NCBI GenBank assembly: GCA_031283745.1
Contig: JAITBH010000044.1
Location: forward strand, 1 to 42,170
Direction of reading: 5' to 3'
DNA length: 42,170 nt
Origin: Candidatus Ectomicrobium neotermitis
GTDB taxonomy: Bacteria > Elusimicrobiota > Endomicrobiia > Endomicrobiales > Endomicrobiaceae
Shown here piece after piece: positions 9,157 through 18,192 of the stretch (its first letter is position 1; every line of letters begins with the position of its first letter). The translations under genes and the position numbers were made by a program. The notes below the pieces were generated by a model. It worked only from the letters and a program-made list of their open reading frames with translations. It was not told the origin of the DNA and made no database searches.

Positions 9157-10667
9157 ACTTTCTCCTTTTGCAAATTTTTTGCATCCAAAAACTTACGAAT
9201 TTTATCTCCAACTATTCTCACCTCAGAGCCGACTATTACCTGAACAATCCCTGCTTCATTTATCAAAACACCTTTTGCACCGAGCTTCCTGATAGCTATC
9301 TCATCGATGGGCTTACTGTCTGAGACTTCAAAGTTGATAGTAGTGGTTTCCATTTTCATACTGCGGATATTTTCTGTCCCGCCAAGAAAATCAACATACT
9401 TAGCAGCAGTCTCGAACTCTTTAGGAACATCATCAGGTATGGGAAATAGCTGGGGCTGGGCTTGTTGGGGTTCTTCGGGAACTTTTTCCTGAGCGGGAAT
9501 TGGCTCAACCTCAACAGGAACCTCAATTTTGTCATTGGTTTTGCCCTCTAAACCCTCATCGGCGCCTATAGTTCCAATGGTTTTAAGTTTCAACACATTT
9601 ATGCAAAACGAAAAAATGAAGAAATACAGAAAGAAAAAAAGCACGCCGACAGGAAAAAATCGGAGCGGATGAGATGACAATCTGATGCCTTCTATATAGT
9701 CGAGCAGTCCGGGTGCATAGGCATAGCCCAAAATGACATCAAAAAATCTCATGATCGGCCCAGCCAAAGCACTTAAAAAAGCGTAGACGATGTAGAGAGG
9801 GAATGAAAAGAACATAAAAGTAAATTCCAGCGGCGCAGAGATGCCTGTCAGGAAGGAAACGGCTGCCGTTAAACCCATAATCGAGCGAACTATCTTTTTG
9901 TTTTTGTCTTTTGCTGTCCAGATTATCGCTAAGGCGCAGCCGGCAGCACCAAAGGTTGCGGTCGGGAAACCTCCACTCATAAAAATACCAGAACCTTGAG
10001 TTCTGGTAAAGTAGTTCAATGAATCGTTTTGGATTATAGTTCCGAAAGCGGAAGCAAAGTCCGCACTGTTTGGCAAGATCATCGGGCTTATCGGCTGGCT
10101 TAGACCAAAGGGCATAAGCAATTTATTAAAAAACTCAAAACCAAATAGCCCCAAGTTGTTCATGCCTGTTAGCCAAATGGCAAATTTTTCTATTGAACTC
10201 TCAAGCCCGCTCCAAAATATGCTGAAAAATATGGACAAAAACATTGAGACGACTGTCATCACTATCAAAACCACGCCCTCATGACCAATAAACTTCAAAT
10301 TTTTGGGTAAGCTAATACTGATATACCTATTATGGATGTAGCCCGAAACGCATCCGATGACAAGACCAGCAAAAATTCCCATATGGGCATCGGCAGATAG
10401 AACGGTCAAGCCCTTGGTGAAAACAAAATAGCCAATCAAAGCAGTCAGGGCAGCCCCGCTTTGGTTTTTAGTTAAGGATAGAGATATTGAGATTGCAAAA
10501 ATGACCGGCAGGTAGGTGAAAAAAACTCCGCAGATTTGGACTATGTATGGTAGGTCTAAGATATCGGTTTGGGAAATTCGTAGGAAAAAAGAGGCGATGG
10601 ATAAAAGCAGGACAGACAAAATTAAAGATTGATTGACTGTTGTGAAAAAATGAGACAAAAATTTCAT
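9153..10667 (-). CDS. Glucose/GlcNAc-family PTS EIICB-like membrane protein with degenerate catalytic motifs
   Basis: Colinear with NagE/PtsG: GAALTALIGYFVFTKG, FMSGGFP, FLTGISAPLEFTFMF. A Pro/Glu/Gln linker is followed by an EIIB-fold tail, LGGTENIRSMKMETTTINFEVSD...LGAKGV. Start set at the ATG at 10667 (GAGGG RBS). Confidence 0.8.
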   Translation of the reverse strand: MKFLSHFFTTVNQSLILSVLLLSIASFFLRISQTDILDLPYIVQICGVFFTYLPVIFAISISLSLTKNQSGAALTALIGYFVFTKGLTVLSADAHMGIFAGLVIGCVSGYIHNRYISISLPKNLKFIGHEGVVLIVMTVVSMFLSIFFSIFWSGLESSIEKFAIWLTGMNNLGLFGFEFFNKLLMPFGLSQPISPMILPNSADFASAFGTIIQNDSLNYFTRTQGSGIFMSGGFPTATFGAAGCALAIIWTAKDKNKKIVRSIMGLTAAVSFLTGISAPLEFTFMFFSFPLYIVYAFLSALAGPIMRFFDVILGYAYAPGLLDYIEGIRLSSHPLRFFPVGVLFFFLYFFIFSFCINVLKLKTIGTIGADEGLEGKTNDKIEVPVEVEPIPAQEKVPEEPQQAQPQLFPIPDDVPKEFETAAKYVDFLGGTENIRSMKMETTTINFEVSDSKPIDEIAIRKLGAKGVLINEAGIVQVIVGSEVRIVGDKIRKFLDAKNLQKEKV

Positions 10668-10737
10668 TACTTTACCCTCAAGTCTAATGGCTTTTCTTGT
10701 TTGTGTGAGGCGAATGTTACCTTTTTCAAGACAAAAT

Positions 10738-10778
10738 GAAAAACCTCTCCGCCCATAAGAAAAAAACTGACGGAGAGG
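10738..10778 (-). terminator. Stem-loop after the SPFH gene
   Basis: cctctccg / cggagagg 8-bp stem with a 19-nt loop, followed on the minus strand by UUUUUC. Confidence 0.5.
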
Positions 10779-10796
10779 CATCAATAAAAAACATCT

Positions 10797-11603
10797 CTAA
10801 TTTCTTAAATCAACGATGAAATTTGCGTTGCTCCCCGCCATAGTTTTTGGAAGTTCTCCATTCCACTTTGCTATCCAAGCCAAAGAAACGGAATCTCTTG
10901 ATGCCGACTGGGCTAACAATCTCTGACGTTCTGCCTCACCCTCTGCTTCTAAGATGGCTGCCTTTTTTTCTTGCTCAGCCTGCATCATTTTATATTCGGC
11001 AGTTTTAACTTTCTGTGCTTCAATCATTTTCGTTTCGACTGCATCATTAAATGCCTGCTTGAAATCAATATCTTTAATGTTTACCGCTTCGATGGCTATA
11101 TTGTATTGCCTGAGGTTATCTTTGAGCTTTGTCTCGATGACTGCCCGCAAATTGTCGCGCTGCTCAAGCATTTCTTCGGCATTGTATTGGGCTATTGCAG
11201 ACTTTGCACTCTCATAAATGGCTGGTTCAAGCACCCTTGTGACATATTGCTGACCTACATTTATGTGCAGCTTGTTGACATCCTCATAAACAGGTCTGAA
11301 ATTTACTTGCAATTCAAGGGTAATTTCTTGCAAATCCCTGCTTGCACCTACTGTCGACTCGTCCCAGAGTTGGGTTTTGACATTATAAATGTAGATTCTG
11401 TCCAAAAAAGGCCTCTTGAAATGGTATCCCGGCTCGATGGACTTAGTATTTCCTGTCACGGTATCCACTTTTACCCCAATCTCGCCCGGTGCTATCGCAT
11501 AAAATGATCCCCAGATGACAATTCCCGCCAAAATAATCAGGGCAATGACCACATAAGCCCCTTTTTTCCCCTTTACAGCATTAACATCAATGACACTTGC
11601 CAT
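10797..11603 (-). CDS. SPFH/band-7 (prohibitin-like) membrane protein
   Basis: One N-terminal TM (YVVIALIILAGIVIW), an SPFH core, and an Ala/Glu/Gln-rich coiled tail (AEQEKKAAILEAEGEAERQRL). Start moved to the ATG at 11603 (GGAGG RBS). Confidence 0.85.
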   Translation of the reverse strand: MASVIDVNAVKGKKGAYVVIALIILAGIVIWGSFYAIAPGEIGVKVDTVTGNTKSIEPGYHFKRPFLDRIYIYNVKTQLWDESTVGASRDLQEITLELQVNFRPVYEDVNKLHINVGQQYVTRVLEPAIYESAKSAIAQYNAEEMLEQRDNLRAVIETKLKDNLRQYNIAIEAVNIKDIDFKQAFNDAVETKMIEAQKVKTAEYKMMQAEQEKKAAILEAEGEAERQRLLAQSASRDSVSLAWIAKWNGELPKTMAGSNANFIVDLRN

Positions 11604-11702
11604 AGTAAATCCTCCTTTGTCGATTTCAATATTAAAAGTATTATAATTCATTTGCCTCTCAAAGAGGCAAATAAAAGGATTTTTTTTGCTTAGGAGGAGT
11701 AA

Positions 11703-13355
11703 ATGAACACATCAAACACCGTGCAATCGTCGGCTTGGAAGGCTTTGGCTGCATATAAAGAGAAGGTCAAGGGCATAAAACTACAGGAATTGTTAAAAAA
11801 TAGCGGTCGTTTTAAGGAATTTTCAATAAAAGATGATCAAATAGGCATAACTTTCGACTTTTCTAAAAATCTCATTGATAAAGAGGGCTTTGACCTGCTC
11901 ATAAATCTCGCAAAAGAGGCAGGTATCAGGGAATATGCCCAGAAAATGGTTAGCGGTGAAAAGATAAATTGGACAGAAAAGCGGGCAGTTTTGCACACAG
12001 CCCTAAGAAATACGGACAGCAGGCCGGTTTTTGTAGATGGAACAGATGTGATGCCCCAGATAAATGCCGTTTTGAAAAAAATGGAGAGATTTAGCGAGGA
12101 CTTGAGAGCGGGAAAGTGGAAAGGGGCAACAGGCAAAAAGATAAGCGATATAGTTAATATAGGTATAGGGGGGTCGGATTTAGGCCCGAAAATGGTTTGT
12201 GAGGCTTTGAAATTTTATGCAGACGGGCCGAAAGCCCATTTTGTGTCTAATGTAGATGGTGCTGATATATATGAAACCCTTAAAGAACTAAACCCTGAGA
12301 CGACTTTGTTTATGGTTGCCTCAAAAACCTTCACAACTCTTGAAACTATCTCAAATGCCCTAACTGCCCGCCAATGGCTTACCGATAAGCTTAGCAAAGA
12401 TGCTGTCGCAAAACATTTCGTTGCACTGTCAACCAATACAAAGAAGGTTATGGAGTTCGGAATTGACAAAGAGAATATGTTTGAGTTCTGGGATTTTGTC
12501 GGAGGACGATATTCTCTTTGGTCTGCCATTGGTTTGCCTATAGCCTGCAGTATAGGTTTTAAGGGTTTTAGAGCACTTTTAGACGGAGCAAACTATATCG
12601 ACAAATACTTTGTGAGCAGCCCTTATGAAAAAAACATACCCGTTATCATGGCTTTGCTGGGTGTTTGGTATAACAATTTCTGGGGTGCACAGAGTTATGC
12701 GGTTTTGCCCTATAGCCAATACCTAAACAAGTTCCCATCTTTCTTGCAGCAGGGTGATATGGAAAGCAATGGCAAAACAGTTGACGCTGACGGAAAGAGA
12801 GTCACTTATGAGACCGGCCCGATAATTTGGGGCGAGCCGGGAACAAATGGCCAGCACTCTTTTTATCAGCTGATACATCAAGGCACGAAATTTATCCCTG
12901 CCGATTTCATTGGTTTTTCTAACCCCCCGCAAAAAGACAGTGGAAACCATCACGAGAAGTTGATGGCAAATTTCTTCGCTCAGCCAGAGGCTTTGGCTTT
13001 TGGGCTGACAAAAGAGCAGGTTGCTACAAACCTTGCAAAAAGCCAAATGACGCAAGAGGAGATTGATAACTTGGCGCCTTATAAGGTTTTTGAGGGCAAT
13101 AAGCCGACAAATTCCATCTTGATTAAAGAGCTTACGCCGACAACTTTGGGTGCTTTGATTGCCATTTATGAACACAAAATTTTCTCGCAGGGTGTCATTT
13201 GGAGAGTAAACAGCTTTGATCAGTGGGGAGTTGAGCTTGGGAAGGTTTTGGCAAATATCATCTTGCCCGAACTTACTGAGGGAAAAACTTTCCCCCACGA
13301 CTGCTCGACGCAAGGTTTGATTGAGGATTTCAATAAATCAAGAATAAAAAAATAG
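11703..13355 (+). CDS. pgi: Glucose-6-phosphate isomerase
   Basis: 550 aa, long bacterial/eukaryotic-type PGI: [58 protein letters not shown]. Confidence 0.97.
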   Translation: MNTSNTVQSSAWKALAAYKEKVKGIKLQELLKNSGRFKEFSIKDDQIGITFDFSKNLIDKEGFDLLINLAKEAGIREYAQKMVSGEKINWTEKRAVLHTALRNTDSRPVFVDGTDVMPQINAVLKKMERFSEDLRAGKWKGATGKKISDIVNIGIGGSDLGPKMVCEALKFYADGPKAHFVSNVDGADIYETLKELNPETTLFMVASKTFTTLETISNALTARQWLTDKLSKDAVAKHFVALSTNTKKVMEFGIDKENMFEFWDFVGGRYSLWSAIGLPIACSIGFKGFRALLDGANYIDKYFVSSPYEKNIPVIMALLGVWYNNFWGAQSYAVLPYSQYLNKFPSFLQQGDMESNGKTVDADGKRVTYETGPIIWGEPGTNGQHSFYQLIHQGTKFIPADFIGFSNPPQKDSGNHHEKLMANFFAQPEALAFGLTKEQVATNLAKSQMTQEEIDNLAPYKVFEGNKPTNSILIKELTPTTLGALIAIYEHKIFSQGVIWRVNSFDQWGVELGKVLANIILPELTEGKTFPHDCSTQGLIEDFNKSRIKK

Positions 13356-13363
13356 GAGGAGTT

Positions 13364-13825
13364 ATGTTAAAGAAAAAAACCATTGGGCTGATTGCTCATG
13401 ATGCTTGCAAAAAGGATATGGTCGACTGGGTTGCTTATAATGCTAAACGGTTAGCCGCACACAACTTGATATGCACGGGGACAACTGGAGGGCTTATTCA
13501 AGATTATTACAATAAGAAACATCCCGAACTAAAAGTTGAGGTCAAGAGATTAAAGTCAGGCCCGCTTGGCGGAGATCAACAAATGGGTGCTTTGATAGCG
13601 GGGGATCAGATACAGATTTTGGTGTTCTTTACGGATCCGATGACAATGCAGCCCCATGATGTGGATGTAAAAGCGTTGATACGGTTATCGACAATTGAAA
13701 ATATCGTTGTTGCCTGCACAAGGGCTTCGGCGGACTTTATTATTTCGTCAAACTTATTTGACTCTGAGTATAAAGCCATCAAAAAGTCTCATGATGACTA
13801 TACTCACCGCAATATCTCCGACTAA
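13364..13825 (+). CDS. mgsA: Methylglyoxal synthase
   Basis: IGLIAHDACKKDMV, TGTTGG, SGPLGGDQQ, and PHDVDVKALIRL are MgsA signatures. It starts 8 nt after pgi. Confidence 0.95.
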   Translation: MLKKKTIGLIAHDACKKDMVDWVAYNAKRLAAHNLICTGTTGGLIQDYYNKKHPELKVEVKRLKSGPLGGDQQMGALIAGDQIQILVFFTDPMTMQPHDVDVKALIRLSTIENIVVACTRASADFIISSNLFDSEYKAIKKSHDDYTHRNISD

Positions 13826-13852
13826 TAAACAAGCACTTAAATCACCTGTAAA

Positions 13853-13894
13853 CAAAAAAAACAGCCTCCGCTAATGCGAGAGGCTGTTTTTTTT
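13853..13894. terminator. Bidirectional intrinsic terminator between convergent mgsA and chbA
   Basis: aacagcctc / gaggctgtt stem flanked by A8 on the left and T8 on the right. Confidence 0.8.
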
Positions 13895-13917
13895 GCGTCG
13901 ATAGATGAAAGAGAGTT

Positions 13918-14241
13918 CTATTTCTTTGCGTAAATCTGTTTGTAGAGATCCACAAACTCTTGCGACAAAGTTTTGAACATATCTGCCATCATAACCTGAT
14001 CCTCAGCGTGGATTAAGATAAGTGAGGTTTTTAACCCTTCGGTAGACATCTCTTTTTGAATAAGGGAAGCGTGAATTTTGTGACCTTCAACGAATATCTT
14101 ATTGCCCTCGTCAATCATTTCATTTGCTCTATCGAAGTTCCCCTGCTTTGCTTCCTGAATTGCTCCGATATAAGAAGATTTTGCTGTACCTACAGACGAG
14201 ATAATTCCAAAAATTTGTTCCTCCAACTCTTCATCAGCCAT
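13918..14241 (-). CDS. chbA: PTS lactose/cellobiose-family EIIA
   Basis: 107 aa helical EIIA(Lac/Cel) with the LIHAEDQ active-site His region. Confidence 0.85.
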   Translation of the reverse strand: MADEELEEQIFGIISSVGTAKSSYIGAIQEAKQGNFDRANEMIDEGNKIFVEGHKIHASLIQKEMSTEGLKTSLILIHAEDQVMMADMFKTLSQEFVDLYKQIYAKK

Positions 14242-14291
14242 TTTGAGCCTCCTGTTTTTATATTCAACACAAAATATAAAATTTCGTATCG

Positions 14292-15635
14292 TTATTTTTG
14301 TTTGAAGTAGCTTTGAAACTGCGGCAAATACTTCTTGTGGGCAACCATAAGTTCGTCAACGATTTTTTTTGCGACGGCCTCATTAGGGGTGAGTGGATTT
14401 ATAGCCAAAGCTAAAACTGCTTTTTCATAGCTCCCCTCAACTGCTGCCTCAACTGTCAACCTTTCAAAAGACTTTATCTGCGATACAAGTCCGTTTACTG
14501 CGATTGGCAATTTGCCCATTTGCAACGGAAAAGGACCTTGTTTAGTGATAACAGAACTCACCTCAACAACACTGTCGTCATCGATGTTTTCTATCGCCCC
14601 ATTGTTTACAGTGTCGACGGGCTGAATATCCCGCGTGTCATTGTAGAGCGAATTTATCAGCCTGCAGGCAGCTTCGCTATAAAATGCACCGCCCCGCTGG
14701 GACAACTCTTGAGGTTTGATGTCGAGGTTTTTGTCGGCATAAATTTCAAAGAGTTTTTTCTCGATTTTTTGCACTGCTTGCGAGCGGATATTTCCCTTCT
14801 CAAATTCCTCCAGCTCATTTTTTAACATCGTTGAGGTGTGATAATAATAATTGTGATAAGGGCAACAGATCACTCCAAGCGTCTTATAAAACTCTTTGGT
14901 GTAGCTTATGCTCATCACATTTTTGACTGAAAGATCTTTATTTTTTTCCGGGTCAAGCAAAACATCGATTGTCTTTTGTGTGAAATCAACTCCGTCGACA
15001 TAAACATGCAGCCCGTAAACCAAATGATTGAGGCCGGCAAAATCAACTCTGACCCTGCTTGGCTCAACCCCAAAGATTTGTGCTATTGTCCGCTCAATAT
15101 GGATAGGCACATTGCATAGCCCTATCACTTTTCTTTTGTCGAGCTTGCCATAACGGACAAGGGCTTCTGTGATTATGCCTGAGGGATTTGTGAAATTTAT
15201 CAGAAAAGCATTTGGGCAAAGTTTTTCCATTTTTGAGGCTATGTCTAAGATGACGGGAACAGTTCTAAGCGCCTTAAAAAGTCCTCCTGCACCATTGGTT
15301 TCTTGCCCGATAACGCCATGGCGGAGCGGAATTGTTTCGTCAAGCTCTCTTGCAGCAAGAAAACCGACACGAATTTGCGTGGTAACAAAATCAGCATCCT
15401 TTAATGCCTCCTCAAGATTTAAGGTCAAGTGAATTTTTATCGGCACTCCTGCTTTTTCGACCATTCTTTTTGCAAGACTGCCCACAATTTTCAATTTCTT
15501 TTCCCCTTCCTTGATATCAGAAAGCCAAATATCGGTAACAGGAAATGTCTTTTGGCGTTTAATAAAACCTTCCACCAATTCAGGTGTATAGCTTGACCCC
15601 CCTCCGATCGTGCATATTTTTAGTTTTTGCCTCAT
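14292..15635 (-). CDS. chbF: GH4 6-phospho-beta-glucosidase (NAD/Mn-dependent)
   Basis: KICTIGGGSSYTPELV N-terminus and NFTNPSG; length and layout match family 4 glycosidases. Confidence 0.9.
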   Translation of the reverse strand: MRQKLKICTIGGGSSYTPELVEGFIKRQKTFPVTDIWLSDIKEGEKKLKIVGSLAKRMVEKAGVPIKIHLTLNLEEALKDADFVTTQIRVGFLAARELDETIPLRHGVIGQETNGAGGLFKALRTVPVILDIASKMEKLCPNAFLINFTNPSGIITEALVRYGKLDKRKVIGLCNVPIHIERTIAQIFGVEPSRVRVDFAGLNHLVYGLHVYVDGVDFTQKTIDVLLDPEKNKDLSVKNVMSISYTKEFYKTLGVICCPYHNYYYHTSTMLKNELEEFEKGNIRSQAVQKIEKKLFEIYADKNLDIKPQELSQRGGAFYSEAACRLINSLYNDTRDIQPVDTVNNGAIENIDDDSVVEVSSVITKQGPFPLQMGKLPIAVNGLVSQIKSFERLTVEAAVEGSYEKAVLALAINPLTPNEAVAKKIVDELMVAHKKYLPQFQSYFKQK

Positions 15636-15654
15636 TGCAAATTCTCCTTTTAGC

Positions 15655-16410
15655 CTATGTACAAGCAGTGAAATTTATAAGTTCGATGTTCTGCTGCTGA
15701 ATATAATCTTTGATCTGCGGGCTCGTTAAAATATCAAGTTCTTGGGTGCGTGCGACAGTGTATGAACTCATAATGACAAGTGTTTGGTCTATATAAGCGG
15801 GGTGAACCATCAACTCAAGGCTCTCCGCACCTTTGTATTTTTCTAAAAGTGCAATTAAGTCGTCAGCTTTGAGATTTAGCCCATAAAAATCCAAAGAAAA
15901 ATAATCAGTTGAACGAAGCCCGGTGTAATTTTTTGCAAAGGGTTCTTTTTTGCCGATGCGGATTGGGAGATTGTTTTCGTCGGCAAGTTTTTTGACTACC
16001 TCAAAAGCCCCTTTTTGCAGATGGAAATGATGATGGCTGTCAAAGTGGGTAGGGTTTATGCCGGTAGATAGAACTTGTTTTAGCTGAGCCCGTAGTTCGG
16101 TTTCCATCTCGGCAAAGTCAATTTGATTGTTTTTTAGGCGATTGAAAAATTCTCCCTGATTAAAAAAATCGCCATTTTTATCGGTCAAAGTTTTTTTAGC
16201 ACCGTCAATGGCTTTTCCGCTCGTCATGACAAAATGAATGCCGACGCCAAGCCCAGTGTATTCATTAGACAAAGCGGCGGCATTTATAAAACCTGTCATA
16301 TTGCTCATTATTGTCGTTGAACGAACAATCCCATCGGTGAAAGCTTTAACCACGCCCAAATTCACTGCTTTTGACAAACCGAAATCGTCTGCGTTGACTA
16401 TTAATTTCAT
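15655..16410 (-). CDS. chbG: YdjC/ChbG-family carbohydrate deacetylase
   Basis: MKLIVNADDFGLS..., HFDSHHHFH. ATGA overlap with chbC. Confidence 0.85.
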   Translation of the reverse strand: MKLIVNADDFGLSKAVNLGVVKAFTDGIVRSTTIMSNMTGFINAAALSNEYTGLGVGIHFVMTSGKAIDGAKKTLTDKNGDFFNQGEFFNRLKNNQIDFAEMETELRAQLKQVLSTGINPTHFDSHHHFHLQKGAFEVVKKLADENNLPIRIGKKEPFAKNYTGLRSTDYFSLDFYGLNLKADDLIALLEKYKGAESLELMVHPAYIDQTLVIMSSYTVARTQELDILTSPQIKDYIQQQNIELINFTACT

Positions 16411-17681
16411 TGCACAACCTCCGCATTTTCTTTCTCGATTTCCATTTTATCGGCAATGCGGACGAAAGGCATATATATCACTATCATTATGACGATATTT
16501 ATCCCCTGCAAAATGCAGGCACGCCAATCCCCGCCTGTAGAAAGAATGCCCGACAAGAAAGGAGGTGTTGCCCAAGGGATTATGGCGACTGTTCTTGAAA
16601 CCAAACCCAAATCGGTAGCCAAGTAGCTAATTATTGTGAGGAGTATAGGGCCAAAAACAAAAGGAATGGCAAAAATCGGATTTAGAACTATTGGAACTCC
16701 GAAAATCACCGGCTCATTTATTTCAAAAGCGCCCGGAACTATGCAGGCTTTGCCCAAAGTTCGAAATAGCTTTGAGCGGGCTGTCATAAAAATTGCAATC
16801 AAAAGCCCTAAAGTTGCCCCCGAACCTCCCAAATGGACGAAAGTGTCGAGGAAAGGCTTGGTCATAATATGCGGCGGCTGTATCCCAGAAGCAAAAGCGA
16901 GCATATTGTCTGTCATCAAGTTCAAGGAAATCGGCTCTAAAATTCCACCGACAATGCTCGGCCCGTGTAAACCCAACATCCAAAATATCTGATTGAGAAA
17001 AACGATGATTATGCCCGACCATAAAGAGTCGCTTGCTTTGACAAGAGGAAGGAAGACCTTGTTTAGGAAATCGAAAATGCTGCTGCCTGTGATTTGCTCA
17101 ACAAAAACACCAAGCAAAGAGATTATTCCTATTGTAAGACCTGCGGGAATTAAGACTGAAAAGGATTTTCCTACTGCTGGAGGGACGCTGTCGGGGAGGG
17201 TTATGAGCAAACGTTTGTTTCTGTTAAACCTGATAAACAGTTCGCCTGCGATGAGCGGAATGATGATTGCGACAAATAAGCTGTTTGTGCTTGTGAGCGA
17301 CCAGCTGATAAAGCCCCAAACTGTATCGTTTCCGATCTGGGCTGTTTGAGGAATGATCGCTAAATATGAGGCTAAAGCTACAAAACCAGTTCTAAATGCA
17401 TCGCCTTTATAGGTTTGGGCCAAATGATAAGCGATAGAAAAAACTGCAAATAAAGCCAAAAAGCCAAAAGTTCCCCACCAAACGAAGTTGCATAAGTTGA
17501 TGATAAAGTCGGGCAGGATGTCTAACCAGCCCGGTATCGGCAAATTTTTGACTATCAAAGCTGCCGACCCTGCCATAATCAGGGGCATCAAAGAAATAAA
17601 TCCGTCTTTTATAGCACTCAGATGCCTCTGTGAACCAATTTTTCCACCTACCATGCTCATTTTGTCAACAAAACTGCTCAT
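16407..17681 (-). CDS. chbC: PTS lactose/cellobiose-family EIIC
   Basis: 424 aa polytopic protein. The conserved LGLHGP and FEINEP motifs are intact. Confidence 0.9.
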   Translation of the reverse strand: MSSFVDKMSMVGGKIGSQRHLSAIKDGFISLMPLIMAGSAALIVKNLPIPGWLDILPDFIINLCNFVWWGTFGFLALFAVFSIAYHLAQTYKGDAFRTGFVALASYLAIIPQTAQIGNDTVWGFISWSLTSTNSLFVAIIIPLIAGELFIRFNRNKRLLITLPDSVPPAVGKSFSVLIPAGLTIGIISLLGVFVEQITGSSIFDFLNKVFLPLVKASDSLWSGIIIVFLNQIFWMLGLHGPSIVGGILEPISLNLMTDNMLAFASGIQPPHIMTKPFLDTFVHLGGSGATLGLLIAIFMTARSKLFRTLGKACIVPGAFEINEPVIFGVPIVLNPIFAIPFVFGPILLTIISYLATDLGLVSRTVAIIPWATPPFLSGILSTGGDWRACILQGINIVIMIVIYMPFVRIADKMEIEKENAEVVQ

Positions 17682-17754
17682 AAAATCTCCTTTTTTCTCG
17701 TTTTAACTGCTATTTCAAACTTGATTTTGATGATACTAAAAATAGTCTGCACTA

Positions 17755-18168
17755 TTATTTGTCTGCCAACTCATGGAGAGAGTCGAATGGATAAAGCTCT
17801 CCAAGTGTGGTTTTTATGAGTGAATCTGCCTTTGCACCAAACACTACTACAGTTTCTGGAGGTGCAAATTCAGTCAAAACTTGACGGCATGCCCCGCAGG
17901 GACCAGTCGGATTTTGGGCATCGGGGGTGGCGATGGCAATAGCCTTAAAAGAACGATACCCTTCCGCCGCCGCTGCAAAAACCGCTGTCCGCTCGGCACA
18001 ATTTGTTAAGCCAAAAGAGCGATTTTCAACATGTACCCCCACTTTAATAGTCCCATCGGGCAGCAACAGAGCAGCACCTACCCTAAAGTTTGAATAAGGG
18101 GCATAGGCTTTTTCGGATGCGTTAAGGGCTGCTTGATACAGTGCGGCAAGGTCAATTTTGATGTCCAT
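17755..18168 (-). CDS. cdd: Cytidine deaminase
   Basis: 137 aa with the CAERTA ... PCGACRQ zinc-binding motifs. Confidence 0.9.
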   Translation of the reverse strand: MDIKIDLAALYQAALNASEKAYAPYSNFRVGAALLLPDGTIKVGVHVENRSFGLTNCAERTAVFAAAAEGYRSFKAIAIATPDAQNPTGPCGACRQVLTEFAPPETVVVFGAKADSLIKTTLGELYPFDSLHELADK

Positions 18169-18192
18169 AAATCCTCCAGTTTTTGTGTCAGT

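Noticed and set aside
10971-11507. Long antisense ORFs: 178 aa here, 196 aa at 12723-13313, 195 aa at 30758-31345, 163 aa at 34053-34544, 143 aa at 34999-35430, and many shorter ones.
   Set aside because: Each lies entirely opposite a confidently identified conserved gene. They have low-complexity or odd composition, no RBS and no recognisable motif, so they are shadow ORFs.
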